Positions 1 to 13,761 of a stretch of DNA of 64,000 bases are shown piece after piece; position 1 is the stretch's first letter, and each line of letters begins with the position of its first letter. The stretch lies in contig CM126210.1 of assembly GCA_052327205.1 (NCBI GenBank), positions 38,316,001-38,380,000 of the forward strand, written 5' to 3'. A program made the translations under genes and the position numbers. Origin of the DNA: Somniosus microcephalus (lineage: Eukaryota). The notes below the pieces were generated by a model, which was not told the DNA's origin, ran no database searches, and saw nothing but the letters and a program-made list of their open reading frames with translations.

Positions 1-845
1 ACTCGGGGCTTAACAGGACAATGCACTAAATCAGATCCCACGTTCCTCATCATGGATCCTCTTTATTTGACTGCATTCAAGTTTCACAAACAGTTGCTCA
101 ACATTTCAGAACCATGGCTTTAAGAAAAAAATAATCTGCTTCTTTTCTTGGAGGTATATGAATCCTTCGCCCTTCACCCACCACAGTTTGGCTAGTGCCA
201 CACGCTATTGGCTAGTGCCACACACTATCAGTAAAAGGAGCTCGGAACAAGGTCCCTCAGATTCCCCTTCCTTGAATTCTCAGCCAACACTCACCGTCCA
301 AGTCCACATACGAAGAAGGGCCACTCAAGCAAGGTGGGGGTGGTGTCCCAGCCAGAGTAAGGCAGCAGGACAGGAGGGGAGAAAACCGGGGGAAAAAGGA
401 AATTCAGGGCACCTCTAATGACAGCCTATCCATGACTGGAAGATTGCCGTGTAACAAACAGCGATAAGGAAAGCAACAGGCCACCTTTCTGAGGCACAGT
501 GTGATAGGACGCCAACACGCTGTGCCAATGGATCATTCATTCTCAACACTGCAGTACAAAGTGGACCTACTGCTGATACGATTTGCTGTATGTCTCCTTG
601 CAAACTCTCCAGCATCCATTACCCCCACCCACCCCAGTATTACCAAATATAAAACATGCCCCAGAAGGCCTCGCTATCATGAGTTACACACAAGTTTTGT
701 GGCAGCAGTGGTTTAAATCATGGCTATAATCTCAGTTACTCCAAAACCTTATCGCTTTGTGCTCTGTGTTACTCAAGTCCCAATAAGTCTTATTTGGTAT
801 AAATCATTTTAAAAGCCTATTTTATCTGTTCAGCCTCTTTCCAAC

Positions 846-974
846 CTTGTGCTGATCTAGAAGTGCACGGAGAGCCTCGTCATCATCTGGAAGAACGCCA
901 TGGAAACGAAGGGTCTGTTCAGCTTCAGCCAGCCATTCCAGCAATACATGTACAGCAGAGTGGAATTCCTCAGC
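846..974 (-). CDS. DST: DST exon, 129 nt: [43 protein letters not shown]
   Basis: ttacag|GCT...AAG|gttgga; phase 0/0; spectrin-repeat helix A with the conserved W. Confidence 0.95.
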
Positions 975-1782
975 CTGTAAGTGCAACATATATCTCTCAG
1001 ACCAGTCACTACTTGACAGCCAAAAGTCAACATGTATTTTTAACTTACTCAAATTTTGAACAAGAACAGGAGAGAAGAAAAAAAATTAATCTCAAGAAAA
1101 ATAGCCAGCTTGCTTCAAACTGAACGCAGAGAGTTGCCTCAGGGCTCAGGTGATTAAATGCACTGCTGAGGGTGAAACTCAGTCCTCCAGTCCGAGAAAG
1201 ACGTGAAGTTCAATCCTTGGACTGTGGTAAAGTGAGCTGATCTCAGGGCAGTTGGGGTGTGACAATTGATGGCGGTGCTCCTGGACTAGAAATGAGATAA
1301 AAAATCTATACTTGAAAAGGGAAAACAATTGCAGGGCTATGGGGAAATAGTAGGGTGCTGTGGGACTAATGAGAGAGCTCTTTCAAAGAGCAGGCACAGG
1401 CACGATGGGCTGAATGGCCTCCTTCTGCACGGAGAGATTCTGATTCTATTCTTGCTGTCTAGTGACCCCTAGTGGAAAGTGTGCACATGTGCATGCCAGG
1501 TGAGGACATGATCAGGCTCAGCAACAGAAGCCGACCACACACGCACGCACACACACACTTTCTTGGCTGACATGTAGTAAGTGACCATCTGGATGAGATG
1601 CGGGGGCGATGGGTGCTTCTGCAATCGTGAAGAGTCAGCACCCACAGGAGGGAAGGAAAGTGGGGGGGAAAAAAATCAATTAACTCATCTTTTTTTAAAA
1701 ATATAAAAGGAAATTTAAAAATCCCACTTTATTGTAATCTGATACACACGGAGGTTATATTTTGGTCCTGAAGCTCTTTTAC

Positions 1783-1977
1783 CTGGTTCAGGGCTTGCTC
1801 CAGTCGGGCTTGTTTGGAGACAGAGAGGGCACACACCGTCTCCCAGCGAGTACTGAGCTCTTGCATCTGCACTTTGACCCAGGACGAATCGTCGCGGCTG
1901 GCCTCAACTAGTTCGCGGGCGGAGCGTTTCAGAGCCTGGACACCGCTTGTCCGTTTGCCCAGCTCCTTCTGGAAGAC
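1783..1977 (-). CDS. DST: DST exon, 195 nt: [65 protein letters not shown]
   Basis: tgtag|GTC...CAG|gtaaaa; translated by hand, not in the ORF track. Confidence 0.95.
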
Positions 1978-2569
1978 CTACACAGAAAATAGTTCCACCC
2001 CATCATACATTCAGAATTGCTCTGCAATTGGGAACACAGTACACTCAGCACAGTGCAATGGGCCAAGGACAGTCACTGAATGCCATTGGAAGCAGTTGCA
2101 TAAATGGTGTATGAAACAGAGCAACGCGCCCAATATCCCAACTGCAATAAAGATATAGTTGAAATGTGAATGAATTACATAGAATTATACACAGAGACAG
2201 GCCATTCGGCCCAACTGGTCTGTGTCGGTGTTTATGCTCCACACGAGCCTCCTCCCACCCTACTTCATCTCACCCTATCAACATATGCTTCTATTCCATT
2301 CTCCTTCCTGTGCTTATCTAGTTTCCCCTTAAATGCACCTATGCTATTTGTCTCAACTACTACATGAACACTAACAAGTGTGTGTGTTGACCACCTTTCT
2401 CCTCCCTACTCCCTTTACCCCCACAACTTTGCTTCCTATTTTCACCTCAGGAAAACAGGTTCTTCGTTAGCGCTGTGATGTAAAATACAATTTTGTGATG
2501 CGTGCGCTAAGACTATTCCGGTCATCAGTTTCTCTCTCTGAGACTGCCCCAGTCTGTGAACTGCCTCGA

Positions 2570-3040
2570 TTTTAAAATTCAATTCCTTGCTTTCAAATCC
2601 CTACATGGCCTCGCCCCCTCCCCATCTCTGTAACCTCCTCCAGCCCTACAACCCATGGTGGCCATGCTTTCAGCTGTCAAGGCCCAAAGTGCTGGAACGC
2701 CCTCCGTAAACCTCTCTACTTCTCTACCCTCCATTAAGCCTCTCCTTAAAACCTACGAGCCCCACGTCCTCAAACTTCTGTTAACCCTTTCAGTGGTACA
2801 AAGAAATGTACAAGTTGGAATTGTGTTTTGTCCTGAAAGTCTTGTTTGTGTGCAATTCCCTCCCTGAACCTCTTTACCTCTCTCCTTAAAACCTACCTCT
2901 TTGACCAAGCTTTTGATCACATGTCCTAATATTTCCTTATGTGGCTCGTTATCAAACGTTGTTTGATAACGCTCCTGTGAAGCGCCTTGGAACATTTTAC
3001 TACGTTAAAGGCGCTATATAAATGCAAGCTGTTGTTGTTG
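2570..3040 (+). mobile_element. L2-type LINE 3' fragments, including an L2-tailed SINE-like segment
   Basis: Typical L2 tail (cctgtgaagcgccttggaacattttactacgttaaaggcgctatataaatgcaagctgttgttg); similar tails at about 18030, 32560, 41705, 52000 and 56880. Confidence 0.7.
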
Positions 3041-3044
3041 TAAT

Positions 3045-3322
3045 GGGAGAGCCATTTAGGACAGAAATGAGGAGGAATTTCTTCATCCAGAGAGTGGTGA
3101 ACCTGTGGAATTCTCTACCACAGAAGGCAGTTGAGGCCAATTCATTAAATATATTCAAGAAGGAGTTGGATATATTTCTTAAGGCTAAAGGGATCAAGGG
3201 GTATGGGGAGAAAGCAGGGACCGGGTACTGAATTTGGATGATCAGCCATGATCGCATTGAATGGCGGGGCAGGCTCGAGGGGCCGAATGGCCTACTCCTG
3301 CTCCTATCTTCTATGTTTCTAT
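3045..3322 (+). mobile_element. CR1 LINE 3' end fragment
   Basis: RRNFFIQRVVNLWNSLPQKAVEA...FKKELD C-terminal ORF2 motif and 3' UTR ggccgaatggcctactcctgctcc. Confidence 0.9.
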
Positions 3323-4157
3323 GAGAGGGCTCTCAAATTTTAACTGGGATAGGTTATCTGTGCTACCTGTACTAAAACCAAAAGTGCAGACAGATGAGCT
3401 ATGGGGGCTACAACTCCTCCAAGCTGCACAAAAATTAACAGGATCACCTCCCCCTGCCCTTGCGTGCCCCCCCACCCTCCATACAACACCTAAACTGTCC
3501 CTATTGAAACCAATCTCGGCGAAACCAGCAAGTATTACCTCATTTAACAGAGTTATGGGGAGTTAGGAGGGGGGGATTTTCCCCTTGTGATCCAGCCTGA
3601 TGTGGGGGAGAAATATTGTTCCTGCTCAAAAATGCTTGAGAGCAGAATTAAATTTTTAAGAAATAGAGATGCAAGGAAAAGAATATGAGAGACTAAGAAT
3701 ATTCTCCTCATTTTCTGCCTTTCACAGCCTTTGTCCTGTGAGCTGGGCTGCTAAGCTAATGACTCAGGATTTCAGGACTGATTTTTTATTTAAATATAAA
3801 CATGGGGCTTACTGTCCTTTCTAAAGACACCAAGTTTTAAAAGACCCAAAATAACATTTGCTGCAAATCCACTGGTAAGTTCGATCCATCTGGCTCCATG
3901 TCAGATATTTCTTAAAAAAAACAAGCTGCACTTTGAGCAGCGACTGAATTAAAGTTTTGGAGACAGAAACTTCTACAATGTAATGACCAAATTAACTTGT
4001 GGAACAAAGCACAAGTCACTCAAGGGGAGATCTGGGCTCTGTAAATTATTTTTAACATATGAATTCAGACGATTGGCGATGGAGGTTGCGATGTTTGGGG
4101 GTGGGGTGGAGAGTGCGCCTTTCAGTGTCCGACTTTGGTAGAAGCAGTTGGCAATAC

Positions 4158-4317
4158 CTTGTGAGCATCAATCAGGTTCATCACCAGGTCAATGTCCCCA
4201 TGCACCGGCTGATCTTCAGCCAGCATGGGCTCGATCTTGTACAGCCAATCAATCAGAGCTTGCAAGGCATCTGTAAACTGGCCTGAAAACAGCAGTGCTT
4301 CCTCCAATTTGTTCTGT
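4158..4317 (-). CDS. DST: DST exon, 160 nt: (R)[53 protein letters not shown]
   Basis: ttcag|ACA...AAG|gtattg; phase 2/0, matching the exon at 13209-13378. Confidence 0.95.
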
Positions 4318-5329
4318 CTGAAATGGAAACGCAGAAAGTATATACTCAAGATTAGCCAGCGATAGACATAACTGAACCTTCTTCAAACTGAACATAAGGT
4401 TGGCTTGCTAATTTGAAAATTCATTCCTGCTGTCTCAAGCAATGCTCACAACATGGCTGCCAATATATTTGTTAAAAAGTGTGAATGCCCTAGAGTGATG
4501 AGTTAAAAATCTAATCACGAGGCTCTCGTGCGGGCTCCCTGATGGGTCAGTGGCTAAAGGACACAGCCAGGTGTGACATTGAGCTACACAGACTAGGAAG
4601 GGCCAAGATTCCAGCTTTAGTCTGCATTAGCGTTAGCTCAGCCAGGCTGGAAGGTGGGCTTCCAGAATTGGTTTCCGCGATCTGACGCAGGGAATAGGTC
4701 AAATGAGCCAAGATTCCCACTCCTGAAAACTATCCCAAGTGGCCCTTGTTGCGAAGTGCACGTTAAGAGCGGACAGGGATCAAGCTCAGGCTCCAAGGTC
4801 TTGCAGACACTGACTGCTGAGGCTCTCACTTGGGTGGGACAGCTGGAAGCTTCCTGCTCACCCATGGAACTGTTTATAATGCAGAATCAATGGGCAGAAT
4901 TTTCAAATTTGGCATGGGCGCAACACGGGCAATATCGGCTCGCCGGCCCATTACACACCCTGCCAATGGAAAGTACAATCAGGCATGGCATGTAATGGCC
5001 GGCCGATGCCCAACCACCCATGTTACGACCCACCAAACTTGTACGTTCCGCTTACAATGTCCAGGAGAGGGAAGAGAAAATTATGGGGATATAAACTGAT
5101 TCAGCTGATGTCATAAGCTGCAAAGAGTGAAATCATAACAATCCTATGAATCCTAGCGTCAGATTACAGTTTTCTATATTCAATTGTTTTTTTCTGGATA
5201 TAGAATTTGCATACTTTTCAATCCATACCCAAGCAGTGTTTTCTTTGCAAGCAATGATCTACAGTGCATGCATGTCTGTGATACATGATATTCACCAAAG
5301 GACATTTAATTGAATTGGTTGCTAAAGAT

Positions 5330-5610
5330 TTCATAGAATCATAGAATAGTACAGCACAGAAAGAGGTCATTTGGCCCACTGAGTCTGTGCCGGCTCTTTC
5401 GAAGAGCAATCCAGTTAGAGCCACTCCCTGCTCTTTCCCCATATCCTTGCAAATTTTTCTCGATCAATTACTTATTCAATTCCCTTTTGAAGGTTACTAC
5501 TGAATCTGTATCCACCACCCTATCAGACAGTGCATTCCAAATACTAACCACTTGTTGCGTAAAAAAGTTTTTCCTCAGGTCGCTTTTGGTTCTGTTGCCA
5601 ATCACGTTAA
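5330..5610 (-). mobile_element. CR1 LINE 3' end fragment
   Basis: RKNFFTQQVVSIWNALSDRVV motif and (ATTCTATG)n-type tail. Confidence 0.85.
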
Positions 5611-6929
5611 AGCTGCTCATACTAAACAGACCACTAGAACACACCTTAATATTCAGCATTACTCTGATGTTATTTATTTGGTATGAACCACTTTGTAATA
5701 TCAGAAAAAAATATACATTATGGATCATGAAAACCTTTGCCTTAGTCACTTTTGGAACATGTCATCTTCAATTGCAACAGAAAGCAGTTTTAAGTACTTG
5801 GTATCATCTATTATGTTCATTAAACAGGACATCAACAATTGCAAACATTTTATGAATGAGATACTAATTCACTTGCATTTTAAAAGTGATCTAGGAGAAC
5901 TACACGATGTAATCCAAACTTGTGATGTTACTGCAGAGCAATGTGGAAGCAGTCCAATTAGAAGCTTACACACAAGGGTGATAGGCACTGCATTCATTGC
6001 CAGTCTGAAGCCATCAGCATGGTAACAACCAGTGTTACTCTTGGCAGTTTGAACTTTCACCCTCAGCAGAGTATAGCTTCATTTTTTACTCTGTCCTCTT
6101 TCAAGCTTTCAAAACATTTTGTATGTGTGCGAATGCGATACTTTGCAAATCACATAAACAAGGACAACTGTCCATTTAAACCATCACATGACAGAACTTA
6201 GACTAATCAGGTCGGAGAGCCCACTATCCATTCAACCAATCTCAACCATGTCACCAGAGGCTAGTCAGATTCCAGGACCAACTCTGCCGAATCATTTCTA
6301 ATTTGCATTTTTGTGGCTGAACCAATCATATTCCACCAAAATTATTTGTGGTATAGCTATATGACAGTCCCTCACCCATCCCAGTACAGTATAAAATATC
6401 ACAAATAACAAAAAAAACTACAAACAAAGCTCACAAGCTCACTCAAAAATTTCCCCATTCCCTCTTAGTATTCCTTTGTTATCTTCCCCTCTCCATGACA
6501 CAAATTTAACAGCTTTGAACCGATGTACACTCCTCCCCACTAGCAGATGGCACCACATCCACTCATCACTGTACTCAAGGATTATGTCCTGAAGCCCAAT
6601 GTGAACAGCACAAAAGCAGCAGACCAAAGACAGGAACATACCGGTGACAAGATCCCTTCCCACTTCCCATTGCTAGCTACAGTGGCTTCGCACTCCTACT
6701 CCACCCCTCCTGCAGTTCTCTGCCAGCACCATCTTTACTGTGGCACCATCATTCTGATCCCAGCTCCCATGCTCGTGCCTACCTGCCTCTGTTGCACTGC
6801 CCGGGGGTGGGCCTGACCTCTACTCTGTTCACTGGGCTTGGAACTGGCCCTTTCTTTAACCACCCAAGCCCAGAGAAAAACATTTCACCTCACACAGCCA
6901 AAGACAGCGGAAAAAAGATAGAGAGGTAG

Positions 6930-7062
6930 GCAGAAAGCAAAGATAGAAAGTAAAATAGGAAAGCAAGAAAAGAAAGAAGGAAAGCAAGAAGGCAAGAAGG
7001 AAGGAAAACAAGGCAAGAAGGAAGGAAAGCAACAAGGAAAGACGGCAAGAAGGAAGGAAGGC
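6930..7062 (+). repeat. (AAGG/AAAG/GCAAG)n purine microsatellite, left half
   Basis: Visible directly; continues at 9502-9665 on the far side of the CR1 insertion. Confidence 0.85.
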
Positions 7063-9501
7063 AAGAACATACGAATTAGGAGCAGGAGTAGGCCACTCGG
7101 CCCCTCGAGCCTGCTCCGCCATTCAATAAGATCATGGCTGATCAGATTACTCCACATTCCTGCCTACCCCCGATAACCTTTCACCCCCTTGCTTATCAAG
7201 AATCTATCTAACTCTGCCTTAAAAATATTCAAAGGCTCTACTTCCACTGCCCTCTGAGGAAGAGAGTTCCAAAGACTCACGACCCTCTGAGAAAAAGTTT
7301 CTCCTCATCTCTGTCTTAAATGGGTGACCCCTAGTTCTAGATTCTCCCACAAGAGGAAACATCCTCTCCACATCCACTCTGTCAAGACCCCTCAGGATCT
7401 TATATGTTTCAATCAAGTCACTTCTTACTCTTCTAAACTCCAGCGGATACAAGCCTAGCCTATCCAACCTTTCCTCATAAGCCAACCCGCCCATTCCAGG
7501 TATTAGTCTAGTAAACCTTCTCTGAACTGTTTCCAACGCATTTACATCCTTCCTTAAATAAGGAGACCAATACTGTACACAGTCCTCCAGATGTGGTCTC
7601 ACCAATGCCCTGTATAACTGAAGCATAACCTCCCTACTTTTGTATTTAATTGCCCTTGCAATAAACGATAACATTCTATTAGCTTTTGTAATTACTTGCT
7701 GTACCTGCATACTAACCTTTTGCAATTCATGCACGAGGACACCCAGATCCCTCTGCATCTCAGAGCTCTGCAATCTCTCACCATTGAGATAATATGCTTC
7801 TTTTTTATTCTTCCTGCCAAAATGGACTTCACATTTTCCCACATTATACTCCATTTGCCAGATCTTTGCCCACTCACTTAACCTATCTATATCCCTTTGT
7901 AGCCTCATGTCCTCTTCACAATTTACTTTCCTACCTATCTTTGTGTCATCAGCAAATTTAGCAACCATACCTTCAGTCCCTTCATCTAAGTCATTTATAT
8001 AAATTGTAAAAAGTTGAGGCCCCAGCACTGATCCCTGTGGCACACCACTCGTTACATCTTGCCAATCAGAAAGTGACCCATTTATGCCTACTCTCTGTTT
8101 CCTGTTAGCTAGTCAATCTTCTATCCATGCCAATATGTTACCCCCTACACCATGAGCTTTTATTTTCCACAATAACCTTTGATGTGGCACCTTATCAAAT
8201 GCCTTCTGGAAATCTAAGTACAGTACATCCACCGGTTCCCCTTTATCCACAGTACATGTTACTTTCTCAAAGAACTCCAATAAATTGGTTAAACATGATT
8301 TCCCTTTCACAAAACCATGTTGACGCTGCCTGATTACCTTGAACTTTACTAAGTGACCTGCCATAACGTTTTTAATAATAGCTTCTAACATCTTCCCTAT
8401 GACAGATGTTAAGCTAACTGGCCTGTAGTTTCCTGCTTTCTGTCTCCCTCCCTTTTTGAATAAAAGTTACATTCGCTATTTTCCAATCTAATGGAACCTT
8501 CCCCAAATCTAGGGAATTTTGGAAAATTAAAACCAACGCATCAACTATCTCACTAGCCACTTCTTTTAAGACCCTAGGATGAAGTCCATCAGGACCCGGG
8601 GTCTTGTCAGCCCACAGCTCTAACAATTTGCTCAATACCACTTCCCTGGTGATTGTAATTTTCTTGATTTCCTCCCTCCCTTCCATTTCCTGATTTACAG
8701 CTATTTCTGAGTGTTACTTGTATCCTCTATAGGTGAAGACCGATGCAAAATATCTGTTCAATTCAACTGCCATCTCATTTTCCATTATTAATTCCGCAGA
8801 CTCACTTTTTATAGGACCAACGCTCACTTTGTTAACTCTTTTTTAAATATCTATAGAAACTCTTACTATCTGTTTTTATATTTCTAGCTAGCTTTCTCTC
8901 ATACTCTAATTTTTCTCTCCTTATTAATCTTTTAGTCATTCTTTGCTGTTTTTTATATTCTGTCCAATCTTCTGACCTGCCACCCATCTTTGCGCAATGA
9001 TATGCTTTTTCTTTAAGTTTGATACTATCTTTAACTTTTTTTTAGTTAACCACGGATGGTGGGTCCTCCCCTTGGAATTTTTCTTTCTTGTTGAAATGTA
9101 TATATTCTATGTATTTTGAAATATCCCCTTGAATGTCTGCCACTGCAACTCTATTGATCTATCCCTTAACCTAATTTGCAAGTTCACTTTAGCTAGCTCT
9201 GCTTTCATGCCCTCATAATTGCCTTTATTTAAGTTTAAAATACAAGTCTTGGACCCACTTTTCTTTCCCTCAAACTGAATGTAAAATTCAATTATATTAT
9301 GATCGCTGCTACCGAGGTGCACCTTCACTATGAGGTCATTAATTAATCCTATCTCGTTGCACAATACCAGGTCTAGTATAGCCTGCTCTCTGGTTGACTC
9401 CAGAACGTGCTGTTCTAAGAAACTAGCCCGAAAACATTCTATGAACTCCTCGTCTAGGCTACCTTTGCCCATCTGATTTTTCCAGTCTGTATGTAGATTA
9501 A
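7063..9501 (-). mobile_element. 5'-truncated CR1 LINE (about 2.4 kb) with frameshifted ORF2: end of endonuclease, linker, reverse transcriptase, 3' UTR
   Basis: ORF pieces ILDLVLCNE..LGSSDHN (EN), PGPDGLHPRVLKE, QHGFVKGKSCLTNLLEFF, YLDFQKAFDKVPH, PQGSVLGPQLF..KFADDTK (RT), split over four ORFs, so non-functional. Confidence 0.96.
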
Positions 9502-9665
9502 AAAGGAAGGCAGGAAGGCAAGAAGGAAGGAAGGAAGGCAAGAAGGAAGGAAGGAAGGCAGGAAGTAAGGAAGGCAAGAAGGAAGGAAGGAAGGCAAAAA
9601 GGAAGGAAAGCCAGAAGGAAGGAAAGCCAGAAGGAAGAGAGGAAAGAAAGGAGGAAGGAAAAAAG
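9502..9665 (+). repeat. (AAGG)n purine microsatellite, right half
   Basis: Visible directly. Confidence 0.85.
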
Positions 9666-11355
9666 AAACAAATAAACAAATAGGAAATTAAAGAGAAAGA
9701 CAAAGAATTGTAGAGTGGGAGACTCGCAGAGAAACAGTTACAAGAAGAGGGATGAACTTTTTTTTTAAATTGGTCCAAGAACATGGAACATCAACTGGTT
9801 TTATTTTAAAGTCACAGTGGACTATGTGACATTGGCAGACATACTGCAGTGACAGCAGTCAGTGGTTTCTGGAGAGAGAATTGGAAAATAAAAATAAAAT
9901 GATATAGAATGGGTACAGCAGAGATGGACACCCTGCTCAGGACAAAGATTGAGGCTGATACCAGTGACTACTGAAGCCAAGACAGATACTCAGGGGCTTG
10001 TATAGATTGGGTGGAAAAGCTACAAGGAACGTCAGATTTTTAGTAACTAACAATATTGAAACAAATGTTTCCACAGTGAAAGATTTCATGGGGATGTCCC
10101 GTGCCAACGACACTAAATCTGAGAGTTGTGATCTATGAGCTTCGATGCAAAGGTGCTTCAGCCAAATGAATCCTGGATGTTGGCAAACTGCAGCAAAGTG
10201 GCCAAACATTCCTACTAATAGACCATGTACAACACAGCCAGTTATCAGGGACTTCCCCCAGTATAGTTAACCACACCTAAAATAATACACCTATATTTCT
10301 CCCCAAAAACCACAGACCCAACATCACAACTAAATTATTCAACTCTCACCAGCTGCATCTGACAGACAAATTCCCATGGTCCAAACAGATATGAAACCGT
10401 CACATTTTTATGCAGTACTTTTTATTAGTCCCCATATTTAAACTTTATAACCTTCGATCCAATCTCAACGAGATATTCACCCAGCTCATTTTTGAAGAGT
10501 TAACTGACACGGCAATAGCTGCCTTTGATGGAAGTTTACTTTACATAGCTTGGACTCAGAATGGGGGCGGTGGAGAAGAGAGAAAGGTGAATCTAATCTT
10601 TAAACCTCTGACGGTGCTTCTGGCCATTAGGCTGTTGGTCTACAATTAACAACTCAAGTGCTGTTTGAAACTATTTGTTGTATCCCTGAGGTGAGGGGCT
10701 CCCAAGTCAATAACTGCTGTTTTAAGCAGGCTGTTGGTCCAGCCAGGAAGAACTGAGATGAGATTTCAGTTGCCCTCCATAGGCGCTCCCATTTCACCCA
10801 CCCAAGACTTCAAGACCAGTGGCCCAGTAACATGAGGAGTTTGAAAGTCAAATACTGAGGATGAAAGGTGGAAAAAGGCAACCTGACCTCAAGGTGACAT
10901 GCAGTTCACCCCCCACCCCCCTCAAAATCAGCGCCTCCAAACTCATCAGTTCCATGACCAAGTTAAATGTCCTTCAATATACCAGGAGATTACATGGTTG
11001 CAGGGATGGATGGGTGGGAGGGAAGGAAGTGTTTAGTCATGATGGTCCGGCCATCATGGTGTGGGGCAGGCTTGATGGTCTTTTCCTGCCCGCCAATTTC
11101 GTATATTGGTAGTGCTGGATGATTCTCAAAAGTAAAGTGCCTGTACTTGTGCTTATATTTAAACTGCAGCCCGAGTTCCACGGGCTGATCCCTAGTGAGT
11201 AGAGGAGCATCAAGCAAAGCTCCCAACAATCCACTCCCTGCTGGCACAGAATAAAACAAAACCCTACAAAAAAAAAAAATCCATATTCATCAAAAATAAT
11301 AGCAGACATCAAGATGTGCTCAAAGTTGTAATCTGATCTCTTGACTGGTGGACTG

Positions 11356-11504
11356 CAATGTTCCCTTTAAGCTGCGCAGCCGCACTGCGCTCCAGGGTTT
11401 GTCGGCTTTTCAATGTAAAAACCACGCATGTGCGGTATTTTGAATGGCCCGCTCAGCCCCTTAAAGGGGCAGCGCAGGGCCAAAATAAATCACAGGGAAC
11501 ATTG
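11356..11504. mobile_element. hAT-type MITE (about 150 bp), copy 1
   Basis: TIR CAATGTTCCCT / AGGGAACATTG; 8-bp flanks gtggactg / gttgactg (7/8 TSD). Confidence 0.8.
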
Positions 11505-12625
11505 GTTGACTGTTTGAGTTGAGCACACCATTTGAAATCTTTAACCAGATGACTGTCTTATATTCATGACTATGTATTCACTTTTAAGTAATAAAAATGT
11601 AAAATAAATGTTTTTTAATTAAATCAATAAAGAATGAAAGCTTTCTACCTAAAAGCGATTCACAAACAGAACTATCAGCTGACCACTATGGCCACAGTAA
11701 AATCATAGTACTGTTGATTCTGAGGCCAACTGAGCCAAACAGGCTCAAGAACTATCTAAATATAACCAAATATAGCTGCAGAGAAGGATGTGGAAATGTT
11801 TTAATCCTAAAGTCTTTGTACCTATTACTGTGGTGACCATATGGCATCATATTTGAACCACACCTGTGTAACTAAGCTAATTGGTTTGTAATTGATTTTA
11901 ACCTAGATATATTTACATTCTATAATTTATTTTCTAAAGGAGGCTTGTTAAGATTAATTGACAAAGTCCCTTTTAAATTAGCAGCTTTATACACATATGT
12001 ATGAGAAGTAATACTCTGCATTAATTATCACAACAGGACATCTCAGCTAATCCTGTTTATAGTCCTCCAATAAAAAATATTACAATCCTCCTTTGTGATC
12101 CAAACATTTCTGGCTCATTATAAACAATCCCTAGTGTGCTTATCATTAGATAATTGATTTTTCTTGTATTTCCGCAATGGGATTTCTTCCCGAAGGAGCT
12201 GTAGGCAGATAACATGACAGGCTCTCACATTGTACAAGGACAACATGGATATCTGGTCAAGCACCAGGAAGTTAACTAATGACCTATTCCGAGCAAGAGT
12301 GCGAGGGCTATAAAGTGGGCAATGTCAATCTTCCCAGTAAATCATCAACAAAGGTCCCAGACAAATTCATCATTCCAGCAACTACATGTTGACTCGGTCA
12401 AAGGCACTGAAGCACTTATATTTTGAAGAGGATATTTCACAGTCAGACCTGAACTTTGCTCTGAATTTGGATAGTTGTGACCATATTTATGACTTTGGGT
12501 AGCTTCATATATTGTCAACTTGAGATAGGAAACGAGTTAACACGTCACAAATTCACTGCTCAGAAATGCCAGTTTTTCTCACTTTTGAAACTTTCAAAGA
12601 GAAATTATATTTTAGGAACAAATTA

Positions 12626-12931
12626 CAGGAAACTTTGTGCTATCTGGAGGTGAACCATCCGGCAAACTGGAGCCACCGGCAAAAATCAGGAGCCGTTTTT
12701 TATTCTTTTTGTTTGTTTTCTTTGCTTTTTTCCCCCCCCCACAGTCAAGCAGTGCAAGGTCTGTAGCTATAGCAACAGCTTTAGCTACAGAGGCTTGCAG
12801 CCACACCCGAGAAGCTGTTGCTAAGCAACAGTGTTTGTTGTCAGATCAACATTAACTCTGGAGTGTCTGGCAGTTTTGAGGGAACGGCAGCAGCTCGGTC
12901 CAGTCGGTGCCGGATAGCACAAAGTTTCCTG
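12626..12931. mobile_element. Tc1/mariner (Tigger/pogo-like) MITE
   Basis: Perfect TIR CAGGAAACTTTGTGCTATC / GATAGCACAAAGTTTCCTG, with TA on both sides. Confidence 0.8.
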
Positions 12932-13208
12932 TATTGAGCAATAGAAGGAATGAAAATAAGTAATAAAGACACAGTTATGATGCAACTGAAGTGTTTGAAT
13001 TCTTGACAAGTCACATTTAAACCCTCTACTTAACTTTTGAGCTCGAACACTAACTATTGCCATGTTCGAGTATTTATTCAGTGCTGTGCTCAGGGGTAAT
13101 AATTGCCACCGTCATTAACTCTTATTTCAGAGAGAATAACTGTTAAAATTCAGACTGAAAAAGTACAACCTGCTTTGGGTTCAAAGCTTTCTGGATTGAC
13201 TTCTTTAC

Positions 13209-13378
13209 CTTTCCACTGACTTTCCGCACACCGTATCCCACTTGTCCCTCAGCTCACTCAACATGTCATCGAGTTTCTGGTGATCATCGGCCAAAGTTGT
13301 CTTCTCTTTCAAGGAGCGGCCAGTCCGAATTGTGGTGTCGGACACAGAATGTTTTGCTCCTAGCGCTTTCTGGAACTC
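13209..13378 (-). CDS. DST: DST exon, 170 nt: [56 protein letters not shown](R)
   Basis: acgcag|GAG...AAG|gtaaag; phase 0/2. Confidence 0.95.
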
Positions 13379-13761
13379 CTGCGTTTTGAAACAGATAAAC
13401 GATAAAAGGTTTTGTTAGCTGGATATACTTTTCATAGCAAGCCACTAACTCAAACTGTTCTTCGCCGCCATCACGCGTGGATTAAAGTCAATTGTCACTA
13501 TTTCTTTCAAGTTGGCTGTCCAAAACATTCTACAGTAAAATGTAAATTGTACTCCAAAACTTCTCCCTAGAAAATATGTTAATGCTGTTTCTGGGACTTG
13601 GCTGCCATGTTTGCATACATAATCTTTCTGACAACACTTCAAAAGTAGTTCATTTGTTGGCAACGTCCTGAAGATGTGAACTGTACATTATAAATGCAAG
13701 TTCATTCTTTCTTTTTTATTTGAGCTGAGGAAAAGGTGGCAACCAGACATGCAATAAAGAC

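Noticed and set aside
7219-8043. 274-aa reverse transcriptase as a functional or domesticated gene
   Set aside because: It is part of a 5'-truncated, frameshifted CR1 with codon deletions.
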